Source of the DNA: an uncultured Clostridia bacterium
GTDB lineage: Bacteria > Bacillota > Clostridia > TANB77 > CAG-508
Direction: 5' to 3'
DNA length: 64,000 bases
NCBI GenBank assembly: GCA_944390395.1
Contig: CALXPY010000001.1
Coordinates: 3,167 to 67,166 of the forward strand
The translations under genes were made by a program, and so were the position numbers. A model generated the notes under the pieces. It was given only the letters and a program-made list of their open reading frames with translations. It was not told the origin of the DNA and searched no databases. Below are positions 9,828 through 19,298 of the stretch, piece by piece (position 1 is the stretch's first letter; every line of letters starts with the position of its first letter).

Positions 9828-9908
9828 TTTATCACCTCAGATAATTGTTTTGCATTTTTATCTTATCAGTTCTATTTTGTTTTTGTCAAGTTTAATTTAA
9901 CTTTTGGA

Positions 9909-10079
9909 CTAATTATTTTTATTATTCATGTAGCTACTACACATTGACTCATCAGGTTGTTTTGTTTCACATCCTATAATAGGAGTTACAACAATTTGTT
10001 CTAATTTACACTCTTGAGCTTGATTGTTATTATATTTACAGCTAGATACTGTACAATTTATTTTTTGTTTTTTATCCAT
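9909..10079 (-). CDS. DUF1540-like small cysteine-rich protein (56 aa); absent from the ORF track
   Basis: Translation MDKKQKINCTVSSCKYNNNQAQECKLEQIVVTPIIGCETKQPDESMCSSYMNNKNN; strong RBS AAAGGAGG 8 nt upstream of ATG 10079; stop at 9909..9911; cysteine spacing resembles duplicated DUF1540 motif. Confidence 0.6.
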   Translation of the reverse strand: MDKKQKINCTVSSCKYNNNQAQECKLEQIVVTPIIGCETKQPDESMCSSYMNNKNN

Positions 10080-10203
10080 AAAAAATAGCCTCCTTTAATA
10101 TTTTTTCAATATTATTATGGCTATTTTTTTAAAATTTATAAATTTAATTTTAAATTATTTTTCTAATAAAAACGTTCTAATTCCGCTAGAATACGGTGCA
10201 ATA

Positions 10204-10569
10204 TCATATTGTTGAAAAAGTAAAAGTATATTCATCAAAATACATGTTAATTAAACTTTTAAAATTATAAGTAACATTACAATTTCTTATTAACTCATAT
10301 ACCATAATTGGGTAACCATTTTCTTTATTATATTTATATGTTTCTTTTGCTTGTTTATAGAATTCTCCCTGTGCGAATTCTTTTAATTGTAATGCTATTT
10401 GCTTATTGTATTGATTAAATATTTTAGATCCAACGTCAAACGTAGAAACAATAATTTCGGGATATTCTATAGAATATTTAACTATTACTTCTCCATTATA
10501 GTACAATTCTTTTTCTACAATATGAAAATTAAATTTATTAAAGCTTTCCATTTTATTTACCTTTCTCAT
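10204..10569 (-). CDS. hypothetical protein, possibly 3'-truncated (ends ...FDEYTFTFSTI)
   Basis: 121-aa ORF; C-terminus resembles the start of the YxFTGGAHG motif of DUF3298/RsiV-like proteins but the ORF terminates before it; weak call. Confidence 0.35.
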   Translation of the reverse strand: MRKVNKMESFNKFNFHIVEKELYYNGEVIVKYSIEYPEIIVSTFDVGSKIFNQYNKQIALQLKEFAQGEFYKQAKETYKYNKENGYPIMVYELIRNCNVTYNFKSLINMYFDEYTFTFSTI

Positions 10570-11102
10570 TTATCTTCAATAATTTTCTTACAATTATTAA
10601 GATTTTTAAAAGATAAATACCAATTCATTCCATTTTTTTCTTGATCAATTTGTTTCATTCTTTCTTGTAAAGCGCAAAAATTTTGTGGTGGTGGTAATAT
10701 GCCAGGTTGACAAGGAACCCAATTAGCAGGCATTACTAAGGAATTTTCATCAGAGACTTGCAATGCTTGAAGAGTTCTTAATATCTCTGGTATTGCCCTT
10801 CCTATTTGCATAGGATATACAAATATTGCTCTTATAACTCCTTTATCATCAATTATATAAACATTTCTAACAGTTTCTGTTTTGCTAACACTATTAGAAA
10901 TCATTCCATATTTTCTTGCTATTTCCCCATTTCTATCTGCTATAATAGGGAAACATATTTTAATTCCGGTTTTACAATATATATCATAAATCCATGCCAA
11001 ATGTGAAGCATTTGAATCTACGCTCAATCCTATTAAACAAGTATTTAATTTTTCAAAATATGTACTAGCTTTCTGAAATGCAATTATTTCTGTTGTACAT
11101 AC
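10566..11102 (-). CDS. peroxiredoxin (1-Cys/Prx6-type, AhpC/TSA family), C-terminal segment of a gene split by an integrated element
   Basis: Reading upstream of the annotated ORF gives ...FKDFTPVCTTEIIAFQKASTYFEKLNTCLIGLSVDSNASHLAW..., the peroxidatic-Cys region of Prx6-type enzymes, but no N-terminus; the missing N-terminus is at 20429..20581. Confidence 0.8.
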   Translation of the reverse strand, partial: VCTTEIIAFQKASTYFEKLNTCLIGLSVDSNASHLAWIYDIYCKTGIKICFPIIADRNGEIARKYGMISNSVSKTETVRNVYIIDDKGVIRAIFVYPMQIGRAIPEILRTLQALQVSDENSLVMPANWVPCQPGILPPPQNFCALQERMKQIDQEKNGMNWYLSFKNLNNCKKIIEDK

Positions 11103-11131
11103 GGGGGTAAAATCTTTAAATGTGGGGATAG

Positions 11132-12709
11132 TTAAATTAATTTTTTAATATCTACTTTTAAATCAAATTTTACGGTTTTATCACTATAAATCCATATAGT
11201 GTCAATTATATTTTCTAAAGCATATCTGCTAGGCACTTCTGCAGATATAATCTCATCAAAATATTCCATTGCAGTTTTTAATTTAATTATTTTTTCTTTT
11301 GATATATCTTGTTCTGCTTTCTGCAGAATTTCTTGTAGTTTCTCTATTTTACTCGTCTTTTCTAATTCTAACTCTTTGTATGAAGCTTCTATCATCTGTT
11401 TCTGATACTCATTGTTATTTCCTGCTAAATCTTTTATTTTTTGATTTAATAACACTTTATACTCTGCTTTTAAAGTTTCAATTTCAAATTTAATTTTTCC
11501 TTTATTGTTTTGCTCTTTATTAGTTTTAACATCAATCTCTATTTTATTTATCTCATCTTGATATTTTTCTTTAGTAAATTTTAGAAATTCTTTCAAATGA
11601 ATAATTATATCACTTTCCTTTATTTCATGGCATTTACATCTTGACTTTCCATAGGTTCTATACTGCGAACATTCATATCCTTTTTGCTTTTGTTTTCTAT
11701 TCATTGTAATTCCACTTACTCCAAAGCCACAGTCACCACATCTAATTAAGCCAGAAAAAGCATAATTTCTTTTTCTAGTTCCTGATGTAGATTTTGACCT
11801 TGCTTTTCTTTTTCGTATATTTTGTGCCATTTCAAAAGTTTCTTTTGAAATAATTGCTTCATGATGATTTTCAAATACAAAATGTTCTTCTTCTGGAAGT
11901 TTTATTGCTCTGCCTCGTATAGAAATTGTTTTCTTTTTATGAGTTCTTAAGTTTCCTGTATATACATCATTGTTCAAAATATTACTTATCATATATGTAG
12001 ACCAAAGCTTCTGTACTGGATGTTTATATATTCTTCCTCTTTCTAAATGTTTTCGCCTATAATATACTGATGGAGTAGGATAATTATATTTACTATTTAA
12101 AATATCACAAATCTTTTTTCTACCTAATCCGTCTTCAACATACAATTTGTATATTAGTTTTATAACTGGTCTAATTTCTTCATCTACATATAGTTTTGTA
12201 ACATCTTCTTTATCTTTTACATAGCCATAATAATTTCCCATTACTAACCTGCCAGTCTTTTGTTTAGAATACATGTGATCTCTTGTTTTTCTTGAACAGT
12301 CTTTTACATATCTTTCATTAAACCAAGTGGTAATTCCAATAGTATCATCTCTATCATTTAAAACATCATAAGTTCCTCCCATTTCAGAAACTAAAATTAA
12401 ATTTTTTTGCATATTCTTAAATTCATCAATAAGTACCAAAACTTTTCCATTGTTTCTTCCTATCCTTGATAAGTCTTTTGCTATAACTACATCAATTTTT
12501 CCTCCCTTTACTTTTTCTAACATCTTTGTGAATTCAGGTCTATTAAAGGTATATCCCGAAACATTGTCATCTATGTAGAAGTCTTTATCTTCGATAATCC
12601 AATTACGAGTAGAAGCATAATCTTTAATAATTCTTTTTTGTTCTTCTATACTTGAGTAATTTTCTTTATCTTCATCTCTAGACAATCTACAATATCCTAC
12701 AACTGTCAT
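11132..12709 (-). CDS. large serine recombinase (resolvase N-terminal domain + recombinase + zinc-ribbon + coiled-coil)
   Basis: Start moved to ATG 12709 (RBS GGAGGG); N-terminus MTVVGYCRLSRDEDKENYSSIEEQ carries the catalytic Ser motif; cysteine pairs CGDCGF...CSQY...CKCH form the zinc ribbon; C-terminal coiled-coil; 526 aa. Confidence 0.9.
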   Translation of the reverse strand: MTVVGYCRLSRDEDKENYSSIEEQKRIIKDYASTRNWIIEDKDFYIDDNVSGYTFNRPEFTKMLEKVKGGKIDVVIAKDLSRIGRNNGKVLVLIDEFKNMQKNLILVSEMGGTYDVLNDRDDTIGITTWFNERYVKDCSRKTRDHMYSKQKTGRLVMGNYYGYVKDKEDVTKLYVDEEIRPVIKLIYKLYVEDGLGRKKICDILNSKYNYPTPSVYYRRKHLERGRIYKHPVQKLWSTYMISNILNNDVYTGNLRTHKKKTISIRGRAIKLPEEEHFVFENHHEAIISKETFEMAQNIRKRKARSKSTSGTRKRNYAFSGLIRCGDCGFGVSGITMNRKQKQKGYECSQYRTYGKSRCKCHEIKESDIIIHLKEFLKFTKEKYQDEINKIEIDVKTNKEQNNKGKIKFEIETLKAEYKVLLNQKIKDLAGNNNEYQKQMIEASYKELELEKTSKIEKLQEILQKAEQDISKEKIIKLKTAMEYFDEIISAEVPSRYALENIIDTIWIYSDKTVKFDLKVDIKKLI

Positions 12710-12746
12710 TTTCCCTCCTTTTGCCTGATATTGCTTATCGTCTATG

Positions 12747-12962
12747 TTAGCATACATTGTCTGATAATTCCACTTGTTTTGTAACAATTTTATTAAGAAC
12801 TTCGGGATAGTTCTCATTGCCAGTTACAAATATTCCTACCTTGTACTTTTGTTCTTTATATTTCTCGATTAGTTCTTTTGTTCCCTGTTTTTCTAATTCT
12901 TCCTCTGTCAAATAAATTTGTATATAATTATATCTTTGAATTTCCGAAACTTTACTTTGCAT
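12747..12962 (-). CDS. small hypothetical protein (71 aa) immediately upstream of the recombinase; candidate directionality factor or regulator
   Basis: ORF only; co-directional, ends 38 nt before the recombinase start; acidic/lysine-rich. Confidence 0.4.
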   Translation of the reverse strand: MQSKVSEIQRYNYIQIYLTEEELEKQGTKELIEKYKEQKYKVGIFVTGNENYPEVLNKIVTKQVELSDNVC

Positions 12963-13060
12963 TATTCTTGGACTCCTTTATAACATTTCTAATAAATGTT
13001 ATTCATAATAGAGGTTGTCTTAGACATCTCTATTATGAAAAGTCCGAGATGTTATGAAAT
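12963..13060. promoter_or_regulatory. palindromic sites upstream of the small ORF/recombinase operon
   Basis: Perfect palindrome ATAACATTTCTAATAAATGTTAT and inverted repeat GACATCTC-N15-GAGATGTT in the AT-rich leader. Confidence 0.25.
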
Positions 13061-13221
13061 TTTTTCATTTTCTGGGAAAATAGTTAGATTTTTTAAAAAA
13101 GTAGAAAAAATCCAATTTTAATTTCTATTAGTAATAAATATGTTTTCTAATAATAGTGTTGATTTTTCATTACATACTACATTTTCTATCAAATTTGTAT
13201 GATATTTATAATAATTAAAAA

Positions 13222-13268
13222 ATAAACCTAAAATATTTTAGAAATTAAATATTTTAGGTTTATTTTTT
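13222..13268 (-). terminator. rho-independent terminator after the Ham1-like gene
   Basis: AAACCTAAAATATTT...AAATATTTTAGGTTT hairpin followed by T-run. Confidence 0.5.
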
Positions 13269-13295
13269 ATATTCACGTTAATATAAAATTGTAAG

Positions 13296-13883
13296 TTATT
13301 GAGATTGTTCGTACCATTTTGCAAATTCTTGCATTGCTTGTACTGAACCATCAACTTTTCTTCTATTTTCTCTTTCTTCTGAATCCATTTCAGCCAATGT
13401 TTTATCAAATCCTTTTGGTTTAAAAATATACCATAAATCTGACCATTTTTCTTCTCTATCCAAACCTTGAACTTTTTCTGATAAATTTCCAGGATGCTTT
13501 CCATAGAAATAATGTATATTTTTTCCGTCATGATATGCTAAACATTCATTAAATGCACATCTTCTATCTTCTTTGCCTTCCATTAGCTTTAAAATTCCAT
13601 TTATTCCTATTGTATCTAATGAAAAGTTTACAAATGCTCTTGGAAAACCATTTAATGCCTCAATTCTGAAATCCGTATCTAGAGCTATACAAGGCCTTTT
13701 TACTATTTCAAAAGCTTCTTTTACCTTTGCGGTTGCAATTTCTTTTATATCATCACTTCTAGGTTCATCTAATTCATAATTAAACGTTGTAAATTTTAAA
13801 TTTTTAAAATATTTTTCAGCTGATTTTATTTTTCCTATATTATGTGTTACAAAAACTATTTCTTTTTCCATCATTGCCTCCAA
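13296..13883 (-). CDS. Ham1/RdgB-family non-canonical purine NTP pyrophosphatase-like protein (divergent)
   Basis: N-terminal IVFVTHNIGKIKSAEKYF resembles the ITPase TGNxGKxxE motif; C-terminal FKPKGFDKTLAEMDSEERENRRK resembles GxGYDPIF...KTFAEL...SHR; 195 aa. Confidence 0.5.
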   Translation of the reverse strand: MEAMMEKEIVFVTHNIGKIKSAEKYFKNLKFTTFNYELDEPRSDDIKEIATAKVKEAFEIVKRPCIALDTDFRIEALNGFPRAFVNFSLDTIGINGILKLMEGKEDRRCAFNECLAYHDGKNIHYFYGKHPGNLSEKVQGLDREEKWSDLWYIFKPKGFDKTLAEMDSEERENRRKVDGSVQAMQEFAKWYEQSQ

Positions 13884-13954
13884 TTGCTTTTAATCTATTA
13901 TTCTTATAAATAATAATTTTATATATTTATGTAATATTTATTGTAAATTATTGG

Positions 13955-14530
13955 TTAATTAATATTTTTATTCCTAATATAGTCTCCTTTAAATTCATTT
14001 TCTAACATATCCATATGTAGCTTATCATAATATTTTCCATTTAAAAATATTTGTTCTCTACTACAACCAGTATCTTTAAAACCACATTTCAAATAACACT
14101 TATGAGCTCTTTCATTTATAGAAAGAAGATCCAACCTTATACTGTGTAAATTAAGATATTTAAAACCATATTCCAGCAAAAGCTTTATAGCTTCTGTACC
14201 ATATCCATTGTTTCTAAAATCTTTATCTCCAATAAATATTCCGAGTACTGCACTTCTTGCAATCCAATTAAAATGTTCTAATCCTATAGTTCCAATCAAT
14301 TTATTATCTTTCAATTCAATAATATTAAAACTTCTATTTTCTTTATTTTTAGCTGAATTCTCAAGCCACTCTTTTTCACTAACTATTGTCGTTATTTGTC
14401 CACTTCTTCCAGTATAGTCTGTTACTTGAAAATCATTCATCCATTCTGTAAATTTTTCTAATTCTTCATCTGTTGTTCCCTTTGGCGATAAATATATTCT
14501 ATCTCCAATCAACTTTTTAAAGAATCGCAT
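13955..14530 (-). CDS. GNAT family N-acetyltransferase (RimJ/RimL-like)
   Basis: Acetyl-CoA binding motif region RNNGYGTEAIKLLLEYGF; 191 aa. Confidence 0.8.
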   Translation of the reverse strand: MRFFKKLIGDRIYLSPKGTTDEELEKFTEWMNDFQVTDYTGRSGQITTIVSEKEWLENSAKNKENRSFNIIELKDNKLIGTIGLEHFNWIARSAVLGIFIGDKDFRNNGYGTEAIKLLLEYGFKYLNLHSIRLDLLSINERAHKCYLKCGFKDTGCSREQIFLNGKYYDKLHMDMLENEFKGDYIRNKNIN

Positions 14531-14637
14531 ATTTATTCCTCCTCTACAACTTATTTTTCATTAATTATTGCACTCTCAAAAAATCTTTCTTGAAGTTGCT
14601 TTAATGCTCTTATTATATCATTCATACTTATTGTAAG

Positions 14638-14934
14638 TTATTTTTCTGAATATTTATTTAAAAATTCTTCTAGTTCTGTTTCACTACTAAAAATTTCTTC
14701 AAAAATATTATATAATGTATCGGTAGCTTCATATTCACCTATTGCATAACACTTTTTTCCTAATCCATAAGCAATACCTGATTCAATATGAGCTGCTTTT
14801 CCAGCTGGCAAAACTAATAGCAAATTTCTTGAACTCTTTTCACCTTCTAAATCATTATGAAATAAATTTAAAACTATATTGCTCTTTAAACTTAGTGATT
14901 CAAATTCTTTTTGTTTTTCTTCTAAACAATCTCC
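14638..14934 (-). pseudogene. nucleoside 2'-deoxyribosyltransferase/DNPH1-like fold protein, no canonical start codon (possible pseudogene or sequencing error)
   Basis: In-frame region after a TAA translates ...NLLLVLPAGKAAHIESGIAYGLGKKCYAIGEYEA..., matching the C-terminal DxGTxxExGxAxAxGKP core of the NDT fold; RBS AAGGAG is present but no ATG/GTG/TTG follows in frame. Confidence 0.35.
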
Positions 14935-14964
14935 TTACAACTTACTATTTTTTAGAAAAACTTA

Positions 14965-15747
14965 CTATTTATTAGCCGTTATTCCATAATATCTTCTTCT
15001 AAGCAAAATTCCTTTATCAGTTGTATTATTTCTTATATATTCATCTAGCTTTTGCATATCAATATCCTTTTTTATAAGGCTTGTATTTTCATTTTCTTCT
15101 GAAAAATTATCTAATATTGGAGTTTTTAATAATAATGCTAATAAATCATCTTTTGTTTTAAAATATTCTCTATCATATATCGGTATCAGCTCAACATTTC
15201 TAAAACCAGCATCTAATATATTTTCATAATCTATTTGACTTATTGGTTTTATATCATTAAATGCTTGTCCTCGGTTAAATAATCTTTTTAATTGCCAGCA
15301 ATCTAATTTATCAACTCCTCTAAGTAGTAGTAAACCATCCTTTTTTAAAGTTTTATAAATTTGTTTAGCATCAATACAAGTATGTCTTGCTACTACAATA
15401 TCAAAATAGTTATCTGGCGTATCCATATTTAAATTGTCCATAACTTTAAACTTAATATTTTTCTTATTAGATTTTTTTAAATTTTCTTTAGCTGTTTTTA
15501 TCATTTGTTGGGAAAAATCTGTTCCTACTATTTCTAAAGCTTCTGGAAACTTGTTAATAACTTTTTCTCCTCCACCTGTACCCAAATCCAAAATTCTTGA
15601 ATTTTTTGTGTTTTTTTCATTCAATATTTTGTACATATCCCAATTAGTCAAACTTTCTACTTCATAACTTATTTTACTGAAATCCCAATTTTTTATTCTA
15701 TTATAATAATCAAGTTCATTATTATTCATAATACTACCCACTTTCAA
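14965..15747 (-). CDS. class I SAM-dependent methyltransferase
   Basis: Motif I ILDLGTGGGEKV, followed by typical motif II/III spacing; 260 aa (start probably at MNNNELDYY, 15729). Confidence 0.8.
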   Translation of the reverse strand: MKVGSIMNNNELDYYNRIKNWDFSKISYEVESLTNWDMYKILNEKNTKNSRILDLGTGGGEKVINKFPEALEIVGTDFSQQMIKTAKENLKKSNKKNIKFKVMDNLNMDTPDNYFDIVVARHTCIDAKQIYKTLKKDGLLLLRGVDKLDCWQLKRLFNRGQAFNDIKPISQIDYENILDAGFRNVELIPIYDREYFKTKDDLLALLLKTPILDNFSEENENTSLIKKDIDMQKLDEYIRNNTTDKGILLRRRYYGITANK

Positions 15748-15804
15748 ATTAAGTATATAAATTTTTTTATTTAACTTAACATCTATTTTACATTTTCCGT
15801 TACT

Positions 15805-16248
15805 TTATTCTTCATTAAATCTATAAATTATTAGGCATTCTTTTACTTCATCAGAAATATTTTGTGCCTCTATTTCATCTAATCCAACCCATTTATATGT
15901 ATCATGTTCTGTTAATACTATTGGTCCGTCTTTAACTTCGACTTTAAAGTTGAATTGTCTGCATTTCTTTCCGCTTCCTGACAAGTAATCAAAATAATTT
16001 ATATATGTCATAACTTTTTTAAAATCCAGATTTGTTTCTTCTTTTATTTCTCTTGCCAATACCTCGTATATGCCTTCTCCTTTCTCAGCATTTCCACCAG
16101 GTATCTCAAATATTCCTCCCATGAAGTCTTCTTTTTTTCTTCGCATTAAAAGAATTTCTCCATTTTTATTTGTTATTACTGCTCCAACAACTATTTTACT
16201 TATTCCTTCATTTTTTGCCTTATTTTCTAAATACTTATAAAAATCCAT
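15805..16248 (-). CDS. NUDIX hydrolase
   Basis: Nudix box GGIFEIPGGNAEKGEGIYEVLAREIKEETNL (GX5EX7REUXEEXGU). Confidence 0.85.
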   Translation of the reverse strand: MDFYKYLENKAKNEGISKIVVGAVITNKNGEILLMRRKKEDFMGGIFEIPGGNAEKGEGIYEVLAREIKEETNLDFKKVMTYINYFDYLSGSGKKCRQFNFKVEVKDGPIVLTEHDTYKWVGLDEIEAQNISDEVKECLIIYRFNEE

Positions 16249-16345
16249 ATTACAATTTCTCCTTATAAAATAAATATCATCATTTAAATTTTATCTTTAT
16301 ACTTTTAAGTCTGTTATTTGATATCTTCTTCTATATCATCTATTT

Positions 16346-16648
16346 TTAATGTATGCCATATCTAACGCGATTCAATTCTTCTTTCATTCTAAAGCAATCT
16401 TCTAAATCTATATCATATGTATTTGTAATCATTAAAACATAATATAAAACATCTGATAGCTCTTCTTCTATAGTTCCTTTAATATTATTGTCTACCATTC
16501 TCAGATCTTTTCTAATAACTTCTGCTAATTCACCTATTTCCTCTATTAATTTTAAAAAATACCTTTGTGTATTTTTAATATCTTCTGGTTTTGTTCTCTT
16601 GTACTTTTCTTTTAAGTATTTTTGCATTTTTCTTATTGTTAAACTCAT
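16346..16648 (-). CDS. MazG-like nucleotide pyrophosphohydrolase (single MazG domain)
   Basis: EExGEL...EELSDVL pattern (LIEEIGELAEVIRK ... EEELSDVLYYVL), ~100 aa all-alpha. Confidence 0.7.
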   Translation of the reverse strand: MSLTIRKMQKYLKEKYKRTKPEDIKNTQRYFLKLIEEIGELAEVIRKDLRMVDNNIKGTIEEELSDVLYYVLMITNTYDIDLEDCFRMKEELNRVRYGIH

Positions 16649-16826
16649 AAAATATACCTCCTTATATTTTATAAAACTATTTGCAAATCAAATTATAACA
16701 GAGCTAATAATTTCATCTTTTCGAGGATATTATACATTATTTTGCATTCTAAATCAATTTTTACAATTTTATTGTGTTATATTTGTTGTTGTGAAAGGTC
16801 TCTTATTTTCTGTAATTTTTAATTTA

Positions 16827-17330
16827 TCAGCAATCTATTTTTTTATTAAATGTATGCTGATACCATTTATTAAGTTGCTTTCTATTATGGAAAATAAGTA
16901 CTTTATCCTGGTTGACTTTACTTATTATTTCTAAGACTTCATTTCTTTTGTTCTTTCTCCAATTAACTACAAACCAAAAGAATTTCCAGTTCATTTGTTT
17001 TACATCCAGGTATTTCTTTTTTTCTTTCCATGATTCTTTAAAAATCTCTTCATTATTCCAAGCACTTGTGCAAAAGTTAAATAATCTAAGTATATAATAT
17101 AGTCCGCTTTTTCTAAACGCAACGGTATGTACCATCTATAATCCATTTAGATTGATTAGCTTTTTCAATAATTATTTTATCACGTTCAATATTATCTCGA
17201 ATTTTTCAATTTTCTAAATGATGTACTCCATGAATATGATAAACATGTAAATTAATTCTATTCCTAAATTATTAGCTAAAATTGTTTTGCCAGTTCCACT
17301 CTCACCAATTATACATATTCTTTTCATAAA
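16827..17330 (-). pseudogene. FlaR-like topology-modulation protein / P-loop nucleotide kinase, disrupted by multiple frameshifts
   Basis: Three consecutive frames give MFMKRICIIGESGTGKTILANNLGIELI (Walker A), HVYHIHGVHHLE, DNIERDKIIIEKANQSKWIIDGTYRCV and then the ORF 16827..17135; together co-linear with FlaR-like proteins (IIGxSGSGKSTLA ... HHLD ... KWIIDGNY ...). Confidence 0.55.
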
Positions 17331-17546
17331 CATTCTCCTCTATAAATTAAGGTTGTGTAAAGTTTTTTATACAAAAAAAGCTTAAAGCGTTGATATTAAA
17401 GTGTTTTTGTCAAAGTAACCTTTACCCTGCTTAAACTAAATTAATTATTACAAAAGACTTGTAGATTCAGTAATTTTATTGATTTTATTTACATAAAGTG
17501 TTATAATTCTATATATCAGTAATATAATAGAAAGGACTTTTAATTT

Positions 17547-18392
17547 ATGGAAGATAATTTACAAGTAATATCATTAGATCACAAAAAAGTATGGTATGAA
17601 GTCGTTAATAATAGACAAATTGTTAATAAAAGAACTTCTTATCAAGAGAAAGACAATCTACTGAAAGCAAAGGATTTTTTGAAAAATAAAGGTATAAAAA
17701 TTAACGATATTCATTATTCTATTCAAGTCCCTAATATATATGCTTGGAATGAAAATACAAACATTTTATCAATGTCATATTGTAAAGGTGAAAATTTAGA
17801 ATTACTGTTACGTAATCCTCATACAAGGCAAAAAGCTATTCCTTTTTTACAATCAACAATGAGATTCATTTTAGCACAACATTTTTATTGGCAAGATTAT
17901 GCCCCTAGAAATATTATTATAGATGATGAAAATATATACTTAATTGATTTTGAAAAAGGATTAGATTTTTCAATAAATGATTTGCAAACTTTTTTCAGAA
18001 ATCATGTTTTTGAAGAATATTCTTCTTTTCTATTGCCTAATGAACGCTTAATATCTTCTGAACAAATATTTTTCTCATCCTTAAAAGAAAAAAACAAAAA
18101 AATTAATATTAGTGATATTAAAGTAAAACGCGTAAAATCTATTGCGATTGCATTAGGTTATACTGATACTATATCAATGGAAGAATATTTGAATATACAA
18201 AAAATGATAATTAAAGCCGAGGAACCATTTTATAATGGTTCAGAACTTGTATTCCCAAGAGTACAACTAGTTAAAATACTAGAAGATAAAAGTATAAATC
18301 CTTCTGTATATCAAAAATATGCTAATGAAATATTATTGAGAAATAATATTGTTCCTCAACAAATTAATATTGAAGAAGCAGAAAGAGATTAA
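17547..18392 (+). CDS. protein-kinase-like fold phosphotransferase (APH/CotS/Kdo-kinase-like), hypothetical
   Basis: Catalytic-loop-like QDYAPRNIIID (D-x4-N) followed by metal-binding IDFEKG; 281 aa; the only plus-strand gene in the element. Confidence 0.45.
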   Translation: MEDNLQVISLDHKKVWYEVVNNRQIVNKRTSYQEKDNLLKAKDFLKNKGIKINDIHYSIQVPNIYAWNENTNILSMSYCKGENLELLLRNPHTRQKAIPFLQSTMRFILAQHFYWQDYAPRNIIIDDENIYLIDFEKGLDFSINDLQTFFRNHVFEEYSSFLLPNERLISSEQIFFSSLKEKNKKINISDIKVKRVKSIAIALGYTDTISMEEYLNIQKMIIKAEEPFYNGSELVFPRVQLVKILEDKSINPSVYQKYANEILLRNNIVPQQINIEEAERD

Positions 18393-18395
18393 ATT

Positions 18396-19298
18396 CTAGT
18401 CCCTTTCTGCTTCTTTTTTCTCCTCCATTTCTTGTTCAATAATTTTAGTCAATATTTCAATTTGCCCCATATACTTATCTTTTTCTCCAAATTCTTGTAA
18501 ATCATTTTTTATGCACTCAAGCCTTTGAATTGCATTATTCATACATATTCTACTGCTATTATTTCTTCCTCTTATCAAAGCTTCCACTACAGAATTATAT
18601 CTATTATTTTTAGCAGATGTTTTATATGTCATATTAGGATTTGCTATATCTTCCGAACGCTCAAAAACTTCTACTTCTACTCCTCTTGTCTCTAATGTTC
18701 CTGCAATATTCAGAAAATTATTATATTTTTTGTCATGACTCTCTATTGTTGTCATTCTTCCTATTCCCATAGCTTTTTTCATTTCTATATATCTTTCAAA
18801 TATCGATAGTAATGATTCTTCTCTTGAAACAGCTAATAATCGAGCAATTACATTATAATCCACTTTATAATTTTGTAACAAATCTAATGTATAAACAGAT
18901 TTTCCCATCGTTCCCTCAAGAATAAAATTATAACCATTTTTTATCGCTTCTGCTGATAATCTTTCCATAATCTTCCCTGCTGGTTTCCCTGTTATTTCAG
19001 AATATAAATCAGGATATCTCCTTGCTATTTCAAATGATTTTTTGTATAATCCTCTATACATATCTAAATCAAAAACTATTAAATCTTTGTTCATTTCTAA
19101 AAATTCTTTTTTTGTTTTTAAAACTATACCACTCTTTCCTGCTCCAGGTTGTCCTCCTGTAAAAATTGCTATTGGTCTACCATATGTTGGTATATAGTTT
19201 GCAAATGTAATTTTTCTTGCTTGTAAATACATTTCTTCAAATTCTTCATTTGTTATTGAATAATATCGTTTTATTTGCTCGATTTCATTCTTATTCAT
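18396..19298 (-). CDS. zeta-toxin family kinase (PezT/zeta, UDP-GlcNAc kinase-type toxin)
   Basis: Walker A FTGGQPGAGKSGI and zeta-family spacing; start ATG 19298 with RBS GGAGGA; start overlaps the stop of the upstream small ORF (GATGAATAA). Confidence 0.8.
   Translation of the reverse strand: MNKNEIEQIKRYYSITNEEFEEMYLQARKITFANYIPTYGRPIAIFTGGQPGAGKSGIVLKTKKEFLEMNKDLIVFDLDMYRGLYKKSFEIARRYPDLYSEITGKPAGKIMERLSAEAIKNGYNFILEGTMGKSVYTLDLLQNYKVDYNVIARLLAVSREESLLSIFERYIEMKKAMGIGRMTTIESHDKKYNNFLNIAGTLETRGVEVEVFERSEDIANPNMTYKTSAKNNRYNSVVEALIRGRNNSSRICMNNAIQRLECIKNDLQEFGEKDKYMGQIEILTKIIEQEMEEKKEAERD

Noticed and set aside
13238-13531. 97-aa ORF
   Set aside because: Alternative frame overlapping the Ham1-like gene and its terminator.
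14941-14973. Direct repeat ACTTACTATTTT x2
   Set aside because: Short AT-rich duplication in an intergenic spacer; likely trivial.
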